A stretch of 64,000 bases of DNA from NCBI GenBank assembly GCA_963662465.1, contig OY759599.1:6016001-6080000 (forward strand), read 5' to 3'. Under the pieces are notes generated by a model. The model had not been told where the DNA came from. It made no database searches and saw nothing but the letters and a program-made list of their open reading frames with translations. A program made the position numbers and the translations under genes. The stretch comes from Desulfatiglandales bacterium. GTDB taxonomy: Bacteria; Desulfobacterota; DSM-4660; Desulfatiglandales; Desulfatiglandaceae. Of this stretch, positions 51,179 to 59,471 are shown in pieces; position 1 is the first letter of the stretch, and every line of letters begins with the position of its first letter.

Positions 51179-51429
51179 ACCATCCATTCTACAAAGTAAA
51201 TCGCATTTCCACTTAACCAAGCCTCTGTCTTGGAAGAAGAAAACCAAATCCAAAGAAAATAGATTTTATAAAAATTTATTGAAAAGTAAATCTACATCAA
51301 CGACTCCTTTGCCGCCACTTATGGATCCCTCATCGTCCGCTATACCTGAGGGCCGTACTCACTGGCGGTGACAGCCAATGGTTCAATTTCCATTAGCAAA
51401 CTTGGTTCAGTTTTGATTAGCGTTGAAGC

Positions 51430-52261
51430 CCTTATTTAATCATGTCGAACAAGCGCGGGTAAATGGTGGCGTTACTGAATTCGAATTGGTCGACAAAGAG
51501 GATCCGGAAAAAACGCATCGCTTCCGATTCCTTAACCATGTACCTCTCAACGCCTCTAACAAGGATGTACTGGTTAACTTTCTGGAATATTGGGAAATTA
51601 CACCGGAAAAAACACAGCATTTCAGTTGGGTGACTGATTTTATCATAGAAAAGGACAATGCATACGAGCTGATGCGAGGCGGTCGTGCGAGATGGAAGAT
51701 CGAAAATGAAACCTTCAATACTCTTAAAAACCAAGGTTATCATTTTGAACATAACTTCGGCCTTGGCAAGAAGAATCTGAGTGTTGTTTTCGCGATGCTC
51801 ATGATGATTGCATTTCTGGTTGATCAAACGCAGCAGCTTTGTTGTCCCTTATTTCGAGCTGCATGGCAGAAACTCGGTTCCAAAAGAGAATTATGGGAAC
51901 GTATGAGAGCTCTGTTTAAAGATTTTGAATTCAAATCCATGAGGATGCTCTATGAAGCTCTCTATTATGGTGTGAAATTCCAAGCGCCAGTCATTTTGTA
52001 TGACACTGGGTGAATTTGCGATGTCCAATTTGCATACAAGAGTGCTCTCAATAAAAAATCTGGAGTTTCCGGAAATGGATATCTCTGTCCTGACTCAGAT
52101 CTTTTTACGTTCTTTCTCTTCTGGAAAGCCTCAATCTGTGAAAAATCGAAGGAGCCAACAGTGAATTTGGAGTAATCTTCTGAAAAGTTTTTGATCTCAC
52201 CGTTTATTTTTCAAATTTGTGTTACAAACTCGGTGAGTAAATTCCTGAGCGGGAATTGCTG
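51430..52261 (+). pseudogene. 3' remnant of a DDE transposase (ISNCY/IS4-like) with candidate right end GCGGGAATTGCTG
   Basis: FSWVTD...GRARWKIENETFNTLKNQGYHFEHNFG; 5' part replaced by the IS21 end; ORF stops at 52013. Confidence 0.75.
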
Positions 52262-52761
52262 AAGGAGGTATAGTATACTGTTAATCGGCTGGTGTATTCC
52301 GGAATGGGGATGAGCGTATCCTTGGCGATGGTGAATTTGTGGAGAAGGTACTTGTCCGAACGCCGTCTTTTAATCCTGTCCATCTAAGAAATCCTGTTCA
52401 TCGTGTTCAAGACAATAAGGATGCCCACAGTGCCTGATAACCCTTTGCCCGTTTTTAAAAACTATAAAAATCACAGGCATCCTTCATTTTCCAGTTTACA
52501 CTTTTGTCCCCATGCATTTCGTTTCCAAGCATGAAACTCCCCCCAGAGACAAGGCATGCCTTGTCCCTACAGCAGCCGCGTGCCTTTGTACAACCTGCTT
52601 TTGTGTTCCATGAGAATGTACCGGCCAAAATCCCAGTACAAACACCCCGCCGTCAAGCAAAAACCCATTTTGCTCTTCGCTGTCGTATATTCCTTTTACG
52701 ATCTCTTTTTATTTCTCGCGCAAAGACGCCAAGACGCAAAGTTTGGGCTTGGTCCTAACTT

Positions 52762-53008
52762 CAATACCCGTGAATGAATAGTATTCATGCCGATTTTCAA
52801 CCATGAAGAACATGAAGGTCATGAAGAAAAAGGGTTTCAAGGACTGCCTGACCGACGGTTGTCGCCTTTTTAGCCATTGCAGTCCGGATGTTTTCTTTTT
52901 TTAAAGGCCTTCATGTTCTTCATGTTCTTCATGGTGACTATTAAGAGTGTTGCATTCTAAGATCTTATGTCTTTCAACTATGTGAACAGGATTCATTCAC
53001 GGGTATTG
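52762..53008. mobile_element. 247-bp MITE-like element with IS4-type TIRs
   Basis: CAATACCCGTGAATGAAT...ATTCATTCACGGGTATTG, identical to the TIRs of the IS4 at 54780-56459; no TSD seen. Confidence 0.75.
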
Positions 53009-53191
53009 GGTTTAGGTACACTGCAATGTCACGCCCTTACAGGGCTCTGCATCAGAGGCTTGCCCATTCAGTCGCGAGGTGCGAACCGCAGAATATTGAA
53101 CAAGGAATTCGGTTTCTCCTTACATTTCATCGTTATCAGTGATTTGCTGATTAATTTCATATTGTCCGGCCATTCGGTAATCCCAGTCTGC

Positions 53192-53698
53192 TTAAGTCAG
53201 TTTCAATACAGCAATGATAACCCCGGACATGGTCACGGTCAGTCCAAAAGACCAGACCATAAAACGGTCTATCCTTTTGGTGAGGCTTTCAAAGCGAGCA
53301 TCCATCTGCTCAAAGCGTTTATCTACTTGTTCGAAGCGCTTATCCACCTGTTCGAAGCGCTTATCCATGTCCTCACGCATTTCTTCGAAGCGCTTGTCCA
53401 CTTGCTCGAAACGCTTATTTATATCCTCACGCATTTCTTCGGAACGTTTATCCACCTGTTCGAAGCGCTTATTCATGTCCTCACGCATTTCTTCAAAGCG
53501 CTTGTCCATCAGGTCGAAGCCCTGCTTCATCAAATCACGCTGGTTTTTTAATTCTTCTTCCACCCGAACCATGCGTTCACGAAGCTCTATCTCATAGACG
53601 TGAGGCGGTTTGGAAAAATTCTGCATCTGCAGCCAACCACTCAGGTTACTGCGCACATACTCACCGATGGCTTCATAATCTTCCTGTGCAATAGGCAT
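53192..53698 (-). CDS. Coiled-coil repeat protein with C-terminal TM anchor, copy 1 (168 aa)
   Basis: GAGGAG RBS; EQVDKRF and EEMREDMxKRF repeats; FMVWSFGLTVTMSGVIIAVL anchor. Confidence 0.85.
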   Translation of the reverse strand: MPIAQEDYEAIGEYVRSNLSGWLQMQNFSKPPHVYEIELRERMVRVEEELKNQRDLMKQGFDLMDKRFEEMREDMNKRFEQVDKRSEEMREDINKRFEQVDKRFEEMREDMDKRFEQVDKRFEQVDKRFEQMDARFESLTKRIDRFMVWSFGLTVTMSGVIIAVLKLT

Positions 53699-54084
53699 TT
53701 TGATTGCTCCTCATTGTTGTTGGGGCCATGTTGATGTTACGACCCTTATAATCTAAGGCGGCAAACCGCAGTTTTAAGTTTTAAGTTCTTCTAGCAATGA
53801 ATTTCTGTTGTTATATTGATCATCTTGTTTTTTTCGAAGCATTTAATCTGTAAGTCACTAAAGCATGTTTTCCTGAACATTTGAAAAGCGTTAGGTTTCC
53901 TGAACTCTTTCATTACATTAACGAGCATAACCTTTCCCAAAACTGAAGTCAATCCTATGAAATTCCAGCCGCATTTTCTATCCTTTCCAAGGATCAGTTT
54001 ACAAAAAATCCCCAAAGAACCCTGAAGTCAGATTCACGCTTTTTTTGCTTTATATCAATGGCTTGGCTTGGTCCGCCCCACAAT

Positions 54085-54244
54085 TAGGGAACTGGAAGAA
54101 AATACGACGCATATCATGCAGAATTTTTGTTCGTCTTCAAGGCGTGATGGCAGGTGCATAGTGGGCTATGTGCCTGTTATCACAACGTAGAAGACGAGCA
54201 AAAAGGCAAACAGGATGCGTAGATTATTTTTTGGAAGGTCCCTT
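54085..54244. repeat. Long palindromic miniature element
   Basis: Nested inverted repeats TTTTTGTTCGTCTT/AAGACGAGCAAAAA and GTGATGGCAGGTGCATAG/CTATGTGCCTGTTATCAC; AGGGA...TCCCT ends. Confidence 0.6.
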
Positions 54245-54779
54245 ACATCAATTGTCCCAATCACCTGGTTTGCAAAATTTATAAAAATATCGGCATCCTT
54301 CATTTTCCAGTTTACACTTTTGTCCCCATGCATTTCGTTTCCAAACATGAAACTCCCCCCAGAGACAAGGCATGCCTTGTCTCTACAGCAGCCGCGTGCC
54401 TTTGTACAACCTGCTTTTGTGTTCCATGAGAATGTACCCGCCAAAATTCCAGTACAAACACCCCGCCGTCAAGCAAAAACCCATTTTGCTCTTCGCTGTC
54501 GTATATTCCTTTTACGATCTCTTTTTATTTCTCGCGCAAAGACGCCAAGACGCAAAGTTTGGGCTTGGTCCTAACTTCAATACCCGTGAATGAATAGTAT
54601 TCATGCCGATTTTCAACCATGAAGAACATGAAGGTCATGAAGAAAAAGGGTTTCAAGGACTGCCTGACCGACGGTTGTCGCCTTTTTAGCCATTGCAGTC
54701 CGGATGTTTTCTTTTTTTAAAGGCCTTCATGTTCTTCATGTTCTTCATGGTGACTATTAAGAGTGTTGCATTCTAAGAT

Positions 54780-56459
54780 CAATACCCGTGAATGAATTGG
54801 CTTCACTTTTTCTGAGGCCAATCCTCAGTAAAGATAATCGTCAAAATAAAAAGAAATTCTATATAAAAGCGAGAAAAAACGATCTAATAAGGCCATACGG
54901 CTGATTTTAGCGAATAATGCCGCAATACGGAGCGGGACATTCGCTTCATACTCGTTTAAACTCTGATGGGTTCATGTAAAGACCAACTAATCAGAAAACT
55001 TAGACGAGGATAGAGTCATGATCAAAAGGGTTTCAGAAATTTTTTCCAAAATTGAAAGTGATTTTGAGTTTGCTCCTTTTGAAAAAATTATTCAACCGAT
55101 CATTGAGGATGCTCTCAAAGAACATCAGAAAGACAAATACAGGAAAGGCACGATTCTGACGCCGGTTGTTTTGGTTTGGCTATGCTTTGCATTAGCTTTG
55201 CGTCGAAACTTGAATTACGACAAAACTTTGAACTGGCTGGTCGCCGGTATGCGCTGGAAGGATTTGGATTTCCATGGAAAATTTGTAAAAGCAGGCACGA
55301 TTAGCCATGCTCGATCCAAAATGGGAATTGACGTCTTTCGTACCATTTTTTACAGATTTGCTTCGACTTTCAAAGACATTGAACCTCCTGATTTTCATGG
55401 AATGAGAACCGCTATGTTTGATGGTACCTCCTTGACAATGCCGGACACTGAAAGCAATTGGCAAAAGTTTGGAAAACACAACTCGGGAAGAGGCTACGGC
55501 GCATTCCCGCAAATGAGATTGGTTGCATTAATGGGTCTGACTGCCCGTCGAATTATAGATATTGCTTATGCTCCCTACAAAGGAAAAAAGACCGGCGAAA
55601 GAACCTTGATGTTTCAAATCCTGAAAAGATGTTCAATAGAAAGCGCATTATTGCTTTTTGATGCTGGATTTTACTCATTTGATTTGGCCAATTATATGTT
55701 CGAGAATGGGATTCAACACATTATGAAAATAGCAAAATCGGGAAAATTAAAACCAATTCCTGGTTCCCAAATGCTTGACGGCAGTTATCTGAGCAAAATT
55801 GACGGGAAAATCGTTGAATCGGAAGACCCGAAAACCGGCCGGAAAAAATGGAAAAAGGTTGAAATAATCGTTCGTGTAATTCATTTCCAAATTCCAGGTT
55901 TTCGACCTGTACGTTTAATTACAAGCCTCTTGGATTCAGATATCAGCGCAAAAGAGATTGTCACCCATTATCATAAGCGCTGGGATATAGAAATTGCTTT
56001 TGATGAAATTAAAACTCATCAGTGCGCTACTCTTAAAGGGCAAATGCCGACCATAATTCGTAGTAAACGCAGTGATTTGGTTGAACAGGAATTGTATTCA
56101 ATAATGATCGTATACAATCTGATTCGCTCTTTGATCCAAGAAGCAACAAACATGGAAGGCGGTGATCCTTTGTTGATCAGTTTCGTAGATACTGTCGATC
56201 TTATCATACAAAGTGCCCCACTCATGAGTATGATAACGGGAAAGAGAAAAGAAAAGCGGTCTTTTCTGCTTAAAATGATCGCAGAATCAAAAATTGATAG
56301 ACCACGCAGACCCAGACGTAATCCACGGGTCATAAAAGTAAAAATGTCTAATTTCAAACGAAAGCGTAGCAAGGATAAATCGCAAACCGTCCATTTCAAT
56401 CAAGATGTGGAAGTCCTGTACAAAAAGGCAGCATGAACATCATTCATTCACGGGTATTG
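54780..56459 (+). mobile_element. IS4-family insertion sequence (1680 bp)
   Basis: 18-bp perfect TIR CAATACCCGTGAATGAAT; 10-bp TSD ATTCTAAGAT (54770-54779, 56460-56469); empty site visible in copy 1. Confidence 0.95.
55018..56436 (+). CDS. IS4 family transposase
   Basis: FDGT, FPQ.R.V, FDAGF, YHKRWDIEIAFDEIK (YREK motif), RPRRNPRVIK. Confidence 0.93.
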   Translation: MIKRVSEIFSKIESDFEFAPFEKIIQPIIEDALKEHQKDKYRKGTILTPVVLVWLCFALALRRNLNYDKTLNWLVAGMRWKDLDFHGKFVKAGTISHARSKMGIDVFRTIFYRFASTFKDIEPPDFHGMRTAMFDGTSLTMPDTESNWQKFGKHNSGRGYGAFPQMRLVALMGLTARRIIDIAYAPYKGKKTGERTLMFQILKRCSIESALLLFDAGFYSFDLANYMFENGIQHIMKIAKSGKLKPIPGSQMLDGSYLSKIDGKIVESEDPKTGRKKWKKVEIIVRVIHFQIPGFRPVRLITSLLDSDISAKEIVTHYHKRWDIEIAFDEIKTHQCATLKGQMPTIIRSKRSDLVEQELYSIMIVYNLIRSLIQEATNMEGGDPLLISFVDTVDLIIQSAPLMSMITGKRKEKRSFLLKMIAESKIDRPRRPRRNPRVIKVKMSNFKRKRSKDKSQTVHFNQDVEVLYKKAA

Positions 56460-56697
56460 ATTCTAAGATCTTATGTCTTTCAACTATGTGAACAGGATTC
56501 ATTCACGGGTATTGGGTTTAGGTACACTGCAATGTCACGCCCTTACAGGGCTCTGCATCAGAGGCTTGCCCATTCAGTCGCGAGGTGCGAACCGTAGAAT
56601 GTTGAACAAGGAATTCGGTTTCTCCTTACATTTCATCGTTATCAGTGATTTGCTGATTAATTTCATATTGTCCGGCCATTCGGTAATCCCAGTCTGC

Positions 56698-57246
56698 TTA
56701 AGTCAGTTTCAATACGGCAATGATAACCCCGGACATGGTCACGGTCAGTCCAAAAGACCAGACCATGAAACGATCTATCCTTTTGGTGAAGCTTTCAAAG
56801 CGAGCATCCATCTGCTCGAAGCGCTTATCCACCTGCTCGAAGCGTTTATCTACCTGTTCAAAGCGCTTATCTACCTGCTCAAAGCGCCGTTCCACCTGAT
56901 CGAAACGTTTATTCATGTCCTCACGCATTTCTTCGGAACGTTTGTCCACCTGTTCGAAGCGCTTATTCATGTCCTCACGCATTTCTTCGGAACGTTTGTC
57001 CACCTGTTCGAAGCGCTTATTCATGTCCTCACGCATTTCTTCAAAGCGCTTGTCCATCAGGTCGAAGCCCTGCTTCATCAAATCACGCTGGTTTTTTAAT
57101 TCTTCTTCCACCCGAACCATGCGTTCACGAAGCTCTATCTCATAGACATGAGGCGGTTTGGAAAAACTCTGCATCTGCAGCCAACCACTCAGGTTACTGC
57201 GCACATACTCACCGATGGCTTCATAATCTTCCTGTGCAATAGGCAT
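56698..57246 (-). CDS. Coiled-coil repeat protein, copy 2 (182 aa)
   Basis: Same head and anchor as copy 1, two more heptads. Confidence 0.85.
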   Translation of the reverse strand: MPIAQEDYEAIGEYVRSNLSGWLQMQSFSKPPHVYEIELRERMVRVEEELKNQRDLMKQGFDLMDKRFEEMREDMNKRFEQVDKRSEEMREDMNKRFEQVDKRSEEMREDMNKRFDQVERRFEQVDKRFEQVDKRFEQVDKRFEQMDARFESFTKRIDRFMVWSFGLTVTMSGVIIAVLKLT

Positions 57247-57523
57247 TTTGATTGCTCCTCATTGTTGTTGGGGCCATGTTGTTCTTACGGTCCTTATAAT
57301 CTAAGGCGGCAAACCGCAGTTTTAAGTTCTTCTAGCAATGAATTTCTGTTGTTATATTGATCATCTTGTTTCTTTCGAAGCATTTAATCTGTAAGTCACT
57401 AAAGCATGTTTTCCTGAACATTTGAAAAACGTTAGGTTTCCTGAACTCTTTCATTACATTAACGAGCATAACCTTTCCCAAAACTGAAGTCAATCCTATG
57501 AAATTCCAGCCGCATTTTCTATC

Positions 57524-57640
57524 CTTATACCTTTCGCAAATAGCGTTGCATAATGGAATTCCTTTTGAACTAAAGGTTCCAAATAAGGTTACCGCTAAAA
57601 CACTTCAAGACGCTGAAAATAGAAAAAACCTTCATCAAGT
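57524..57640 (+). pseudogene. RelB/DinJ-family antitoxin C-terminal remnant
   Basis: Manual translation LYLSQIALHNGIPFELKVPNKVTAKTLQDAENRKNLHQV; 5' part missing at the duplication junction. Confidence 0.65.
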
Positions 57641-57910
57641 AGGGGGAAAGACCCTTTTTTAAACTGAGCACCCTGATGAACCTTGTCATAATCAAGTAAT
57701 CCTATCATCCTTTTTAATCATGGTTCAAGACGATGCTGCCAACGCCGAATTGCAAGGGAACGAGCGCTTCCTAAATTGTCCCAGTTTGTGACCGTAGCCT
57801 TTTTTTTGGTTTCGCGCTTGTTGATTCCTCAATTTCCGGTTGCTCATGACTGGGTTGCATTTTCTGGTCTGTTTCTGGGGCGGATACGGGGTTCGGTAGG
57901 TATGGGTACA

Positions 57911-58018
57911 GGGCAGGCACAGGGGCCTGCCCCTACGGGGACATTGTAGGTTAATGCCAATCCCAATTTTACCGGTTAGCGCGGTCTCCCGTAGGGGCAA
58001 CCCCCTGTGGTTGCCCTG
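57911..58018. repeat. GTAG-family REP pair
   Basis: GGGCAGGCACAGGGGCCTGCCCCTAC and GTAGGGGCAACCCCCTGTGGTTGCCC. Confidence 0.6.
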
Positions 58019-58296
58019 TTTGTGCCCACAAATCTAGAAATTTGGGGGGCCAAAAACCGAGCAACAAATTTGAGCGCTTTTGGCTCTTTTTAGACGCCCT
58101 AGGTTTAGGTACACTGCAATGTCACGCCCTTACAGGGCTTTGCATCAGAGGCTTGCCAATTCAGTCGCCCGCTGTTAAAAGGGGTGCAATACAAAAAGGT
58201 TGCATAGAATAAAACGTGATTATTTCCGTACAACAATCATAGGACCGCCAACTGATTAATTTCATATTGTTCAGCCATTCGGTAATCCCAGTCTGC

Positions 58297-59016
58297 TTAA
58301 GTCAGTTTCAATACGGCAATGATAACCCCGGACATGGTCACGGTCAGTCCAAAAGACCAGACCATAAAACGGTCTATCCTTTTGGTGAGGCTTTCAAAGC
58401 GCTTATCTACCTGCTCAAAGCGCCGTTCCACCTGATCGAAACGTTTATCCATATCCTCGTGCATCTGCTCAAAGCGCTTATCCACCTGCTCGAAGCGCCT
58501 GTTCACCTGTTCGAAGCGCTTATCCATGTCCTCACGCATTTCTTCGAAGCGCTTATCCACCTGCTCGAAGCGCCTGTTCACCTGTTCGAAGTGCTTATCC
58601 ATGTCCTCACGCATTTCTTCGAAGCGCTTATCCACCTGCTCGAAGCGCTTATCCATGTCCTCACGCATTTCTTCGAAGCGCTTATCCACCTGCTCGAAGC
58701 GCCTGTTCACCTGCTCGAAGCGCTTATCCATGTCCTCACGCATTTCTTCGAAGCGCTTGTCCACCTGTTCGAAGCGCTTATCCACCTGTTCGAAGCGCTT
58801 ATCCACCTGTTCGAAGCGCTTGTCCATCAGGTCGAAGCCCTGCTTCATCAAATCACGCTGGTTTTTTAATTCTTCTTCCACCCGAACCATGCGTTCACGA
58901 AGCTCTATCTCATAGACGTGAGGTGGTTTGGAAAAACTCTGCGCCTGCAGCCAACCACTCAGGTTACTGCGCACATACTCACCGATGGCTTCATAATCTT
59001 CCTGTGCAATAGGCAT
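58297..59016 (-). CDS. Coiled-coil repeat protein, copy 3 (239 aa)
   Basis: Same head and anchor, 5 hendecads + 12 heptads. Confidence 0.85.
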   Translation of the reverse strand: MPIAQEDYEAIGEYVRSNLSGWLQAQSFSKPPHVYEIELRERMVRVEEELKNQRDLMKQGFDLMDKRFEQVDKRFEQVDKRFEQVDKRFEEMREDMDKRFEQVNRRFEQVDKRFEEMREDMDKRFEQVDKRFEEMREDMDKHFEQVNRRFEQVDKRFEEMREDMDKRFEQVNRRFEQVDKRFEQMHEDMDKRFDQVERRFEQVDKRFESLTKRIDRFMVWSFGLTVTMSGVIIAVLKLT

Positions 59017-59117
59017 TTTGATTGCTCCTCATTGTTGCTGGGGCCATGTTGATGTTACGGTCCTTATAATCTAAGGCGGCAAGCCGCAGTTTTAAGTTTT
59101 AGAATTTGATGGCACAC

Positions 59118-59345
59118 TTAAATCTGATCTTCCGTCTGCTTCCGCTCCGGCATGAAATCACTGGAAACACCTGGTGCATCAAACCAGTCATCCCAGGATT
59201 GACCCGCCGGTGCAATGATTCGCTTGCTGCCGATTGCCGTGATTTCAACATCCTTGACTGATTCCGGGAAGGCAATCTGCTTGGAAAGACGAACTGCCTG
59301 ACTTCGATTGCTTTTAAAAAGTTTGGTTTGGAGAGAAGACATCAT
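59118..59345 (-). CDS. vapB: VapB/VagC (AbrB-fold) antitoxin, orphan
   Basis: TKLFKSNRSQAVRL...FPESVKDVEI...RIIAPAGQSWDDWF..PGVSSDFM; GGAGGT RBS; no vapC downstream. Confidence 0.85.
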   Translation of the reverse strand: MMSSLQTKLFKSNRSQAVRLSKQIAFPESVKDVEITAIGSKRIIAPAGQSWDDWFDAPGVSSDFMPERKQTEDQI

Positions 59346-59437
59346 GCTACCTCCATCTAAGATTCATCTGTTTTGGTGATTCAAGCAGCCAGAATTCAGG
59401 AAACAGGATTCAGAATACATATTTACCAACGTTTCAA

Positions 59438-59466
59438 ATGATATAAACCACTCAAGGATATGTCAA
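59438..59466 (-). promoter_or_regulatory. Sigma70 promoter of vapB
   Basis: TTGACA-17 nt-TATCAT. Confidence 0.7.
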
Positions 59467-59471
59467 TAGGA

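Larger units (their letters stand above)
46588..51429 (-). mobile_element. IS21-family element with passenger genes
   Basis: Imperfect terminal IRs GCTTGGGCGCTAACCAAAATGGAACCAGTTTTGCTA / GCTTCAACGCTAATCAAAACTGAACCAAGTTTGCTA, each with a second GAACCA sub-repeat; istA/istB inside; exact ends uncertain by a few bp. Confidence 0.8.
52476..53985. repeat. About 1.5-kb duplicated unit, copy 1 (copy 2 at 54292-57526, partial copy 3 at 58102-59100)
   Basis: Near-identical sequence from GGCATCCTTCATTTTCCAG to GCATTTTCTATCCTT. Confidence 0.9.
54292..57526. repeat. Duplicated unit, copy 2 (contains the IS4 insertion)
   Basis: Matches 52476-53985 apart from the IS4 and repeat-number change. Confidence 0.9.

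Noticed and set aside
53300..58830. 21/33-bp tandem repeats as a CRISPR array
   Set aside because: No unique spacers, the units are in-frame coding repeats, and no cas genes are present
52967..58915. Plus-strand ORFs with FEALIHL or SKRLSTC repeats
   Set aside because: Antisense shadows of the coiled-coil genes; the minus-strand ORFs have the RBS and a coherent head-stalk-TM layout
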